From a virus (Duplodnaviria; Caudoviricetes), in the IMG/VR virus record IMGVR_UViG_3300030406_001449, positions 1 to 60,306 of that record: DNA of 60,306 nucleotides. One strand, written 5' to 3'. Numbering within the stretch: the first letter of the stretch is position 1; each line of letters opens with the position of its first letter. The notes below the pieces were generated by a model, which saw nothing but the letters and a program-made list of their open reading frames with translations, did no database searches and was not told the origin of the DNA. Position numbers and translations under genes: made by a program. Positions 11,091 to 19,521 of this stretch are shown here, piece after piece.

Positions 11091-11762
11091 TTAATCTTTA
11101 GCTCCCCACTTATCTACGATATCAGCAATATCTGTGCTTCCATCATCTTCTGGTTTGCTTTTGACAACTTCTGGTTCAACTACTTTGATATCAGGAACCG
11201 CTGTAGTCTCATTAAAAACTTCTGCTCCCTCATCTTTTTCTTTCTGAACATAGCCTGTGGTTTTTTCAAAACCAAAACGACCTGCACCTTCCGAACCTTC
11301 AACAAGGGCAATAACTTGTACTGCTCTTAGTTTTAAAGATACCCCTGCTCCTATACTAGAAACAAAATACGGATATAATGCTGCGTTTACTCTGATTTCA
11401 GAGCCACCCCATATTTGTGTATCAATCAAAGTCTCTCCGTTTGCATCAAAGATAGCAGGTTTATATGCTGCTTTTGATTTAAACTTAAAGATAACATTCC
11501 CTGTCGGTTTACCATCATCATCTAACTCATCTGCATAAGGTGGGTTAGCTGTCTTAAGGGTTTTCTTTTTTTGTTTTTTCATCTCATCTTTTAGATTCTC
11601 TGAAAAAACTTCATTGATAGTGTCAATGATAGGCTGTGCCTTTTCTTTAGAAAGCACAAGATTAACTTTGTACTCTCCGTCTTTATTGTACTCTGTATCT
11701 GGTTTACTCAACCATGGATATAGAGCTACACCTTGCGGTGTGGTTATGGTTTGTTTTGCCAT
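11091..11762 (-). CDS. ssb: Single-stranded DNA-binding protein (T7 gp2.5/DUF2815-like)
   Basis: TTPQGVALYPWLSKPD..GEYKVNL, IWGGS, GVSLKLRAVQVI; acidic tail. Confidence 0.8.
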   Translation of the reverse strand: MAKQTITTPQGVALYPWLSKPDTEYNKDGEYKVNLVLSKEKAQPIIDTINEVFSENLKDEMKKQKKKTLKTANPPYADELDDDGKPTGNVIFKFKSKAAYKPAIFDANGETLIDTQIWGGSEIRVNAALYPYFVSSIGAGVSLKLRAVQVIALVEGSEGAGRFGFEKTTGYVQKEKDEGAEVFNETTAVPDIKVVEPEVVKSKPEDDGSTDIADIVDKWGAKD

Positions 11763-11774
11763 AATATATACTCC

Positions 11775-12218
11775 TTATTTACTTGGTTTACGAACTACTA
11801 TACTGAACGCCCTCATAGAACTAATTCCTGGAGGCAGTCCTTCTTCTGTACGACTAGATAAAAACTCTTTAAAGTTTGCCTGATGTATACGCTGTTGTAA
11901 TAATTCTGGTGCTTCATTTTCTAAAATAAAGTCCTTAAAATTACTCCAGTCAGAACATACATAGTTCTCTTTAAGAGATTTAATAATCGTACCCCTTGAA
12001 GTTTTAATGCTATCTGCATTTACTTCATTACAAGAGTTAAGCATCACTTGCTCTAACTGCTCAAGGTCATTCTTCAACTCTTGGTCTTTCTTCTGAAACT
12101 CTCTAGCTCGTCTCTCTTTCTCGTTACGAATCGTTATATAAGTGCTTACCACTTCATCTAACGGAATCTTCTCGTGTTCAACAGACTTCTCTAGAACTTC
12201 ACTTACTTCATCACTCAT
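11775..12218 (-). CDS. Conserved phage replication-module protein (coiled coil + beta domain)
   Basis: RBS-preceded ORF coupled to the helicase; YITIRNEK...SIKTSRGT motif. Confidence 0.65.
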   Translation of the reverse strand: MSDEVSEVLEKSVEHEKIPLDEVVSTYITIRNEKERRAREFQKKDQELKNDLEQLEQVMLNSCNEVNADSIKTSRGTIIKSLKENYVCSDWSNFKDFILENEAPELLQQRIHQANFKEFLSSRTEEGLPPGISSMRAFSIVVRKPSK

Positions 12219-13780
12219 AGGTCTAATTCCTCCCTATATAAGTCAACTAATTTAGTATGCTGGTCTACTTTACCTTGTAGCATGGCATACATCCTTTTTT
12301 CAATATCAGAACCCTGCAGATGAACAACTGTCATTTTATTCTTCTGCCCAACCCTATCTATTCTAGCTACACACTGTAAGTAAACCTCTACTGACATTAC
12401 AGGAGACCAAAACACTACTGTGTCTGCCGCGGTCAACGTAACTCCATGAGAGGCTGACTGTGGTTGTATAATTAAAACTTTAGGTTCGTTCTGAGTTTGA
12501 AACTTGTTAATGATGTTTGCTCTACGACTTGGAGTTACATCTCCATTGATAACATCATTACTAATATTTTTTTCTGTTAAATATTCTGCTAAAAATTCTA
12601 TAGTGTGTCTATATGGAACAAACAAAAGAATTTTATGGTCGGTGTCCCCTAAAACTTCCATCAAAGCATTTAACCTAGGTTTGACATCAAACTTAATTGT
12701 TTCATGTTCGTCTGTATAAACTGCACCACCAGAAATTTGTAACAACTTTTGCATGCCCGCAGCTGCGTTTACTGCTGTTACTGACTCACTGGCTGTAGCT
12801 ATAATCATTTGTGTTTTTAGTTGTTTGTAATATTTTTCTACTTGTTTAGTCAAAGGCACAACTCTAGTTTGATAAGTAACTTCTGGTAAATCTAAACATT
12901 GGTCTTTTGCAAATCTTATAGATGGTTGTAATGCTTTAAACACAGAATCTTTTGAGTCAGGTTTAGGTAGCCATTTAAATCTAGATATCTGGTACATTAC
13001 TTTTTCTCTCCATGCGGCTGACAATCTAGGTAATCTATCAGGACATATTAACTTACCAAGACCAAAAGCATCTACAGGAGATTGACACGCAGGTGTTCCT
13101 GTCATCATCCATACTCTAGTGTTAAGACTTAATATTTTATTAAGAGTTTTCCACCTTACTGTAGTATGAGATTTATATGCATTACATTCATCAACTATAA
13201 TTAAATCAAAGTTTTCGTTTTTAATTTCATCTTTAATAATTTTAACTCCATCATAGTTTATGATAGTAAAATCATAATCTCCTTCAATAATTGTCTTTCG
13301 TTTGTGTGATGTACCATAACAAACAACTGAGCTTCTATGCATACAAGTGTTAAATACATCTCCTTGCCATGCAGAATACATAATAGATAGAGGACATATT
13401 ATTAATACCCTTTTAATTTTTCCTTGCTCCATTAAATAATCAGCTGCCCAAAGAGCAGATGATGTTTTCCCTGTACCTGCTTCGTTAAAACAAAAAGCTC
13501 TTCTGTTTATACTTAAAAACTCAGCAGTAGCGGCCTGATGCTTAAACGGTTTATATAATCCTGGATATGAATAGTCTCTTCTCATAGGAGAAGGAAGGTA
13601 AGATTTTAGTCGTATAAGTGTATTGAGTTTAGTCATTTCATCTAAACCCCAATAAACTAGTAAGTCTGAGACTTTATCTTTTTTATTTATAATTTTGCTT
13701 TGTGAAATATGGTCTTTAACTAACTCACCTAATTGATTAGGCAAAGTAAGCTTGACAGCTTTCTCTCCAACTAATTCCAT
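12215..13780 (-). CDS. SNF2-like superfamily 2 helicase
   Basis: NEAGTGKT Walker A, IIVDEC Walker B, MTGTP motif III, HGVTLT and QCVARIDRVGQ motifs V/VI. Confidence 0.92.
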   Translation of the reverse strand: MELVGEKAVKLTLPNQLGELVKDHISQSKIINKKDKVSDLLVYWGLDEMTKLNTLIRLKSYLPSPMRRDYSYPGLYKPFKHQAATAEFLSINRRAFCFNEAGTGKTSSALWAADYLMEQGKIKRVLIICPLSIMYSAWQGDVFNTCMHRSSVVCYGTSHKRKTIIEGDYDFTIINYDGVKIIKDEIKNENFDLIIVDECNAYKSHTTVRWKTLNKILSLNTRVWMMTGTPACQSPVDAFGLGKLICPDRLPRLSAAWREKVMYQISRFKWLPKPDSKDSVFKALQPSIRFAKDQCLDLPEVTYQTRVVPLTKQVEKYYKQLKTQMIIATASESVTAVNAAAGMQKLLQISGGAVYTDEHETIKFDVKPRLNALMEVLGDTDHKILLFVPYRHTIEFLAEYLTEKNISNDVINGDVTPSRRANIINKFQTQNEPKVLIIQPQSASHGVTLTAADTVVFWSPVMSVEVYLQCVARIDRVGQKNKMTVVHLQGSDIEKRMYAMLQGKVDQHTKLVDLYREELDL

Positions 13781-13831
13781 AACTTCCTTACTATATTATT
13801 AACTATGTACTTTTTACTTTACTAAAAAAGC

Positions 13832-13861
13832 ACTATACCATTATTTTTAAAAATAGGTCAA
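13832..13861 (-). promoter_or_regulatory. Sigma70-like promoter for the helicase/SSB/primase operon
   Basis: Minus strand TTGACC-N18-TATAGT with extended TG, upstream of the helicase start. Confidence 0.6.
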
Positions 13862-13995
13862 GTTTTTCTTTTTCTTTTTTTACCTGCTTTTGATAATGCA
13901 ATAGCAACTGCTTGTTTCTGAGGCTTTCCTGCTTTTATTTCTTTTCTAATATTTGATGATATTACTTTTCTAGACTTTCCTTTTTTTAGTGGCAC
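13858..13995 (-). CDS. Small basic protein (DUF6496-like), 45 aa, not in the ORF track
   Basis: GTG start; [45 protein letters not shown] with the KQAVAIALS motif. Confidence 0.75.
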   Translation of the reverse strand: MPLKKGKSRKVISSNIRKEIKAGKPQKQAVAIALSKAGKKRKRKT

Positions 13996-14278
13996 GTTTT
14001 TTCCTCTCTCTTGTACTTGTTTCTGATATCAACTTACGACTTGAGTTCCTTTTAAAAGAACGATTTTTAGATTTAGATTGTACTACTAGACCATCAGAGT
14101 TTTTACCGCCTTTGGATAGAGCTTTTTTATGAGATACATCTTTACCCTTTCGATCTATGCCTTTTGCATCTATTTTTCTTCGGGCTCTAGCACGGGCAGC
14201 CCTAGCTTTTTTTTCATTTCTAGCTTTTTGCTGTTGATATTCCTTTTTATAAGGTCTTGGTTTGTTCACATAAGGCAT
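13970..14278 (-). CDS. Basic HNH-like protein
   Basis: RPYKKEY...[14 protein letters not shown]...SKNRS, similar to small phage HNH-type proteins. Confidence 0.65.
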   Translation of the reverse strand: MPYVNKPRPYKKEYQQQKARNEKKARAARARARRKIDAKGIDRKGKDVSHKKALSKGGKNSDGLVVQSKSKNRSFKRNSSRKLISETSTRERKKRATKKRKV

Positions 14279-14296
14279 AATGCAAATATTATCACA

Positions 14297-14968
14297 TTAA
14301 AATGGTGATGTCTTGGGGCGATTAAATTCACAACTATCCACAGAACACCATCCACATAGGGGTGTAGGGTTAGGTTGCCATTGGTCATAATCATAACTTG
14401 TCTCTAATCTACTCAGAGGAGCTTCAAAAGACTTCCATAATTTATCCATATCGCTTCTATGATACTCTTCATCTAAAAAACTATTCTTCAGTATAAACAA
14501 TAGTCCTGCTTTAATTTTTATTATATCTGGCATTTGTGTGAATAACATAATAGCCATAAGTTTTAACTGTTTTGGATCAGGATATTTATTACTGCCTGTC
14601 TTATAGTCAACAATATATGCTTGTTCGCCATCTATGATAACTAAGTCAGCAATACCTCTAACCCATCTATTTTTATCATGAAAGTCGCAAGGCTCTCTGT
14701 TGTAGTTGAGTGCCATTTCATATTCACAAAATTTCTCACCATCTATGTTTATTAATGAATCAACTACAGGTTTAAATCTTAAATAGTTCTTTGCTAAGGG
14801 TTTACCATCTCGCACATACTCTTCTAATGCTGTATGAACTTCCTTACCATAAAGCATGGCTTGATTTTCTTTTACAGTATAGTTTTTTGCAACACGGATT
14901 TCGTAATATTGCTTGGGGCAGTTTTGATATTGTTTTAAGGAAGAGTAGCTCCACGTAAACTGCGTCAT
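14297..14968 (-). CDS. PD-(D/E)XK (Cas4/RecB-like) exonuclease
   Basis: WSYSSLK..CP, HTALE, RGIADL, IVDYKTG, QL, C-terminal CGWC...C; start revised to MTQFTW after RBS AGGGG. Confidence 0.88.
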   Translation of the reverse strand: MTQFTWSYSSLKQYQNCPKQYYEIRVAKNYTVKENQAMLYGKEVHTALEEYVRDGKPLAKNYLRFKPVVDSLINIDGEKFCEYEMALNYNREPCDFHDKNRWVRGIADLVIIDGEQAYIVDYKTGSNKYPDPKQLKLMAIMLFTQMPDIIKIKAGLLFILKNSFLDEEYHRSDMDKLWKSFEAPLSRLETSYDYDQWQPNPTPLCGWCSVDSCEFNRPKTSPF

Positions 14969-15027
14969 TCTTTCCCCTTGTTTATTATAGTTAAATAATA
15001 TTCCCATAAATTTATTTAGTTTGCAAC

Positions 15028-16893
15028 TCAACAATCTCCATAACTATTTCCATACCCGCCCTCACAAGTGATAGGACAATCCTTTGCCCAGGCTGGAGGC
15101 TTAGACATTTCTGTCATGATATAATTTAAAGCATCATCTTTATCCTTATCTGCAGCGACACACACAACAGCGTCATGCACTGTTAGTGCGGGTCTGTACT
15201 TATCACTTATGTTTACCATTTGTTCTCCAATAACTATTCGAGCTAACGCTTGTACTATATTTTCAACCATGCCTCCACCCCAAATACCTACTCGTCCATG
15301 TCTCCTTTTATACGTGAACTGACTTCTAGTATCAGAAGTGTCCCACTTTAGTTCTGGGTAATAAATATATAAACCATTCGGTAGCTTTATACCCATAGGT
15401 GTAATCATTACACACTCACCCTGACCAATGTAGTACGGTGCTTTACCTTCAGGCCATGACGCTATGTCTGCTAGTGCACTATCACATTCTTGCCACAGCT
15501 CAATTACTTTATTGTTAACTTCTCTGTAAACTCTTACTAACCTTTTACATTCATCTTCACTAAAGTCAACACCCGCACCTAGCTTTAAAACATTCTGTAG
15601 TTTCATAGCACCTGTGCCATAACCTAAACCAAGAATACAAGTCTTACCTACAGCTCGTTCTGTTTTTTCTTTTTTAGTAATTTTCTTGTTATAAACTTTA
15701 CTAGCAAACTCACAGTACACATCTCTTCCCTCACGATACCACTGTAGGACATCTTCTTGACCTGCTAACCAAACTAATATTCTAGCCTCTATCTGTGAAG
15801 AATCTACATTGATACAAACATAACCCTCAGGCGGCACGACGGCTTTCTTTAACGCTTTCTTTTTAGCGTCTCTTGACGGCAAGTTTTGAAAGTTAACTTT
15901 ATCTGCACCACTCCACCTACCTGTATGTGCACCATAATACTTCAAAGGTATAGGGAGTTTGCCTTTGTTTCTTGCTCCTATGTCAATAAAACGTTCTATG
16001 CGAGACTCTTCTATCGTTGACTTTGTACCTAGACGTACTGCACATAAGTCTTGAATTAAAGGGTCTGCATGGTTTTGTAGGGCAATAAATCCCTCGTCTG
16101 TCTTTGCTAAAGCAAACGTTGGTTTGCCTGTGGTAGGACTTTCTTTCATAGGTACAGGAACATTAAGTTCCTCAAGTAATTCTGCAAATTGTTTGTTACT
16201 TGCTAATTTTTTACGAACTTCCTCTGCCGACTCACAGTTTAATTTAGCTTTCAATCCATCTAATAAAAGTTGTTTTTCTTCTTTAACTTCTGCAAGTCTA
16301 TCTATTAACAAAGCGTCATCTACTTTCAACTGTGGTTGTGTAAACATTCTTATGGTTAAATCAATAAGCAGCAGCTCTCCTGGCGGATAGTGTCTCTTCA
16401 AAATATCAAACAGTTTGTAAGTTAGTTCCACATCATTAATACAATATAATCCATATTGATGTAGCTCCTCACCATCAAAATCCTCTAAACGTTTGCCCTT
16501 TGCATCTAAGACTTCTGTGCCTTTCTCTCCTAGCTGATAACGTTCTGCAAGTGCTTTTAAAGAGCCACCAGCATTAGTGCCATGATAAGCACGAGCCATA
16601 GACAAGGTATCAAAATATACTTTAGGAGATATATTAAAAATAAATGATAGGATTGCTCCATCAAACATCATGTTATGACACACTAACGCAGTGCTGGCCC
16701 AGTCAATAGTGTCTAAGACAGCTTGAATTTGTTTGTGTGTCCCTGTATGCCAATGGGTAAGTCCATCATCAATCTTGATACCTACGCCTATAACCTGAAA
16801 ACGTGGGTCTCTTATGTATTCTTCTGTTGTGAGTTTATTAAGACCATAGCCAACATCATAAAAGGTCTCAAAATCAAGTGTTACTAACTGCAT
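15028..16893 (-). CDS. polA: DNA polymerase family A with 3'-5' exonuclease, Leu762 type
   Basis: ExoI LDFET, ExoII HNMMFD, ExoIII YCINDV; HTGRWS; motif A DSSQIEAR; motif B KTCILGLGYG; motif C VHDA. Start revised to MQLVTLDFET. Confidence 0.95.
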   Translation of the reverse strand: MQLVTLDFETFYDVGYGLNKLTTEEYIRDPRFQVIGVGIKIDDGLTHWHTGTHKQIQAVLDTIDWASTALVCHNMMFDGAILSFIFNISPKVYFDTLSMARAYHGTNAGGSLKALAERYQLGEKGTEVLDAKGKRLEDFDGEELHQYGLYCINDVELTYKLFDILKRHYPPGELLLIDLTIRMFTQPQLKVDDALLIDRLAEVKEEKQLLLDGLKAKLNCESAEEVRKKLASNKQFAELLEELNVPVPMKESPTTGKPTFALAKTDEGFIALQNHADPLIQDLCAVRLGTKSTIEESRIERFIDIGARNKGKLPIPLKYYGAHTGRWSGADKVNFQNLPSRDAKKKALKKAVVPPEGYVCINVDSSQIEARILVWLAGQEDVLQWYREGRDVYCEFASKVYNKKITKKEKTERAVGKTCILGLGYGTGAMKLQNVLKLGAGVDFSEDECKRLVRVYREVNNKVIELWQECDSALADIASWPEGKAPYYIGQGECVMITPMGIKLPNGLYIYYPELKWDTSDTRSQFTYKRRHGRVGIWGGGMVENIVQALARIVIGEQMVNISDKYRPALTVHDAVVCVAADKDKDDALNYIMTEMSKPPAWAKDCPITCEGGYGNSYGDC

Positions 16894-17041
16894 AATTTCT
16901 ATCTCTCTTTTCGTGTTTACATTTACCAACTATATTATACGCACCTTTTTTTTGCTCCCATGCACACCACCAAACTCCTCTATCAAGAAACTTAGCTTTT
17001 TCTTTACACTTATTGCAGACATTCTCATTTAATTTTTTCAT
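16874..17041 (-). CDS. Small Cys-rich (Zn-finger-like) protein
   Basis: MKKLNENVCNKC...WWC...KC; probable true start within ORF 16874..17143. Confidence 0.5.
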   Translation of the reverse strand: MKKLNENVCNKCKEKAKFLDRGVWWCAWEQKKGAYNIVGKCKHEKRDRNYAVSNT

Positions 17042-17210
17042 AGTTATCTCTGCAATCTGGACTACACCATCTTCTCTCATCACTAACAGATTGTCCACAT
17101 GATAAACATTTACCTGTAATATTTTTAGGTATAGTGGTATCAATCTTTTTTAATGTAGCTTCTATACTTTTTTGTATTTGTTCGTTAGCTCTATCTACTT
17201 CGTCTACCAT
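17025..17210 (-). CDS. DksA/TraR-like C4 zinc-finger protein
   Basis: N-terminal DEVDRANE helix plus CLSC...CSPDC. Confidence 0.65.
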   Translation of the reverse strand: MVDEVDRANEQIQKSIEATLKKIDTTIPKNITGKCLSCGQSVSDERRWCSPDCRDNYEKIK

Positions 17211-17445
17211 CTAATCTTCCTAGTGATTTAGCCCAGTCTATTCTTTTTCTTTGTTGTTGGCGAGTTATGGGTTTTGGAAGTTTTAGTTTGCCTTGTTTTT
17301 CTAATCGTTTCAATACTGATATGTCAGCTCCAGAATATCTAACAAGACTAGCACGAGTTGCATCAGGGTTTTCTGTTTTGTACTGTTGTACTCTTTCTAC
17401 TATGACATCTAACTGTTCTGGCGTATACATTGACCCTCTAGGCAT
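17191..17445 (-). CDS. Hypothetical protein, possibly DNA-binding
   Basis: Coupled ORF in the operon; basic and helical. Confidence 0.6.
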   Translation of the reverse strand: MPRGSMYTPEQLDVIVERVQQYKTENPDATRASLVRYSGADISVLKRLEKQGKLKLPKPITRQQQRKRIDWAKSLGRLDGRRSR

Positions 17446-17731
17446 TTTTACCTCTGGCTTTTCTCAATGACTCTTTACCTTTCTTAAATATAGAGGCAAC
17501 CTCTGTTTTACCCATAACTTTAGCTCGTTGCTCACCAACTGTTAGAATTTGTATTTTACGAGCATAAGGTTTATTTATCTTTTTAACTTTAGCTACAGTT
17601 TTTCTTGCGTCTGTCGGAGTCGCAAACTTTATTGGCACTGTGTCCTTTGGGTTTTCATCAGTATACAGTCTACGACCACTACCTTTTGGTTTTTTACCTG
17701 TGCCTACTTTTGGGTCTCTTTTCTTTCTCAT
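17438..17731 (-). CDS. Conserved basic phage protein (GRRLYTDENPKDTV motif)
   Basis: Lys/Arg-rich; RBS GAGG; coupled to the next ORF. Confidence 0.7.
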   Translation of the reverse strand: MRKKRDPKVGTGKKPKGSGRRLYTDENPKDTVPIKFATPTDARKTVAKVKKINKPYARKIQILTVGEQRAKVMGKTEVASIFKKGKESLRKARGKNA

Positions 17732-17769
17732 TTGTCCTCACTGTCCAAGTCGCCATTCATAACCAGTTC

Positions 17770-17967
17770 TCAATGCGTTGATGAAAACTTTTTGTCAACT
17801 CTTTCAATTACTTCTATATGATGATGAACGTTTAAATTTTTATTCTCTTGTACATACATCATAAGATACCTAAATCTATCCTCTGTGTTTAAGCTGTTGT
17901 AGACAGAACTATCACGCTTCGGGTTGATAATGTCATTCAAGGTTGTAGGTTTTTTACTATCAGTCAT
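17770..17967 (-). CDS. Hypothetical protein
   Basis: RBS-preceded ORF in the operon. Confidence 0.55.
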   Translation of the reverse strand: MTDSKKPTTLNDIINPKRDSSVYNSLNTEDRFRYLMMYVQENKNLNVHHHIEVIERVDKKFSSTH

Positions 17968-17978
17968 GTTAATCTCTC

Positions 17979-18254
17979 TTACTTAATATTGCTTTCGCCT
18001 GTTTTAATAAATAACTCTAGCATGTCTACGTTCTTTTCGTCAATAACTAATGATTGACCTAGTGAATTTTTTATATCGTTGAGATTTTTTTCTTGAAGTG
18101 CTGTGGGTTTGTTGCCATTGGCTTTACATTCAATACCAATAAATTTCCCACGATAAGAGGCGATGATGTCTGGCACACCACTTGAGCCATAACCACCTGT
18201 TGAGGGCATACAATAATAACAACTAAGTTCTTTGAGTATGTGCTTGACTTTCTG
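17979..18254 (-). CDS. VRR-NUC domain nuclease (Holliday-junction resolvase-like); the start may extend to 18278
   Basis: TPEKKVK, GVPDIIA, FIGIECKA..KPTALQ. Confidence 0.85.
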   Translation of the reverse strand, partial: QKVKHILKELSCYYCMPSTGGYGSSGVPDIIASYRGKFIGIECKANGNKPTALQEKNLNDIKNSLGQSLVIDEKNVDMLELFIKTGESNIK

Positions 18255-18660
18255 CTTGACTTTCTTTTCTGGTGTCAATGCTAATTCCTTTTAGTTCGGA
18301 TAGTTCATCTTCGGACATGATTATAACATATATACTATCAGATACATACCAACCAATATTTTTAAACTCTGGATTATTTTTAGTGTATCTGTAATATGTA
18401 TAACAATCTAATTCATTGAATGCGTCATCATGTTCAAAAGAGTTCCAATCTTCTTTAGGAATAGAATTAATCATAGCTAACTTTGATTGAATAAACTTGG
18501 GTAGTGTTGTCGCCTGGAAAATTCTTTTAGTGTTGTCGCCAACATAAAAATTATATTGTGGTGTATCTCGTCGTGAGCTTACGACGAAATCCATTTGAAG
18601 AAGCACCATATAGTTTTCTTCAAATGGATAGGGACTGTAGATTATTTCATCTGTTCTCAT
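18223..18660 (-). CDS. Hypothetical protein containing one copy of the early-region palindrome
   Basis: 145-aa ORF directly behind its own promoter. Confidence 0.7.
   Translation of the reverse strand: MRTDEIIYSPYPFEENYMVLLQMDFVVSSRRDTPQYNFYVGDNTKRIFQATTLPKFIQSKLAMINSIPKEDWNSFEHDDAFNELDCYTYYRYTKNNPEFKNIGWYVSDSIYVIIMSEDELSELKGISIDTRKESQAESQAHTQRT
18568..18587. repeat. Palindrome TCGTCGT-N6-ACGACGA, copy 1 (intragenic)
   Basis: TCGTCGTGAGCTTACGACGA. Confidence 0.95.
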
Positions 18661-18668
18661 AGAGAACT

Positions 18669-18698
18669 ATCATAACTTTTTCTCTATGAATTTTGCAA
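18669..18698 (-). promoter_or_regulatory. Sigma70-like promoter giving a near-leaderless transcript
   Basis: TTGCAA-N18-TATGAT, 8 nt before the ATG at 18660, with no SD. Confidence 0.6.
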
Positions 18699-18706
18699 GT
18701 GTTAAA

Positions 18707-19441
18707 TTAATACTCGCCCTCACTTACAATCCACTTTCTTAGTTTAGTAATACCTACTTCTTCTTTAGTGGGTCTTTTTTTTGGGTTAGGATTTTTAAGA
18801 CCATTCTCATAAATGTGCACTACCATTTTCATAGTTTCTGGTGGTAAATCTCTTTTTGCTGTATTTGCACCCCATGTACAGAATACAATGTTACTTCTTT
18901 TTCTACCTTTTGTTTTAGTATAACCTTTTTTGGGTACTAATTGGTCGCAAGATACATTTCCAAGAGGTCGTTGATTTCCCATATCATAGTTCCAACGTAT
19001 CCAAGTAAATTCATCACCTGTATAAGGACAGTAGTAACCAAACTCTTTTTTCTGTTTTACCCACAAATTCCAAAAAGTTTTAAAGGTTGGGTGTTCGTGA
19101 GGTAAGTCGTGCTTTTTTGCATTGTTTACTGTGCCTCTCCATAGTTCATAAATGTATAGAGTTTCATCGCCTTGTTCTTTAAGTGCTATTCTTTTTTGTT
19201 TAAGAAGTTCATCATTCGCTTTTGCTGTAGCTGACTGCCTATTCTTTTTTCTAGTCGCTTGTCCTTTGGGACTATTTCTATATGTTTGTCTAGTTTTTTT
19301 TCCCTTAGGACTTTGATTATATTTCTTCGTACTTGCTTTTCCTTTAGGACTTGTGTCATACTTCTTTTGACTAGCTTTACGATTAGCTTTTTTCTGTTTT
19401 TTAGTTAATAAATCTTTTTTCTTTGTATATTGATTTGCCAT
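18707..19441 (-). CDS. His-Me finger (HNH-like) endonuclease with N-terminal basic 11-aa repeats
   Basis: CPYTG...SCDQLVPKKGYT...NIVFC...N..K; repeats YDTSPKGK / YNQSPKGK / YRNSPKGQ. Confidence 0.7.
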   Translation of the reverse strand: MANQYTKKKDLLTKKQKKANRKASQKKYDTSPKGKASTKKYNQSPKGKKTRQTYRNSPKGQATRKKNRQSATAKANDELLKQKRIALKEQGDETLYIYELWRGTVNNAKKHDLPHEHPTFKTFWNLWVKQKKEFGYYCPYTGDEFTWIRWNYDMGNQRPLGNVSCDQLVPKKGYTKTKGRKRSNIVFCTWGANTAKRDLPPETMKMVVHIYENGLKNPNPKKRPTKEEVGITKLRKWIVSEGEY

Positions 19442-19468
19442 AGTTTTTCTCCGAATTTTTCTTCGTTA

Positions 19469-19520
19469 TTTGCGATTTAAGGTACTTAAAAAAACTTTTG
19501 CTTATCTAAGTACCCCCCAA
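19469..19520. repeat. 52-bp direct repeat, copy A (intergenic)
   Basis: 49/52 identical to 21001..21052; internal inverted repeat GGTACTTA...TAAGTACC. Confidence 0.92.
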
Positions 19521-19521
19521 A

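Noticed and set aside
14297-14968. Cas4 as evidence of a CRISPR system
   Set aside because: It is a stand-alone phage PD-(D/E)XK nuclease next to polA, with no array or other cas genes.
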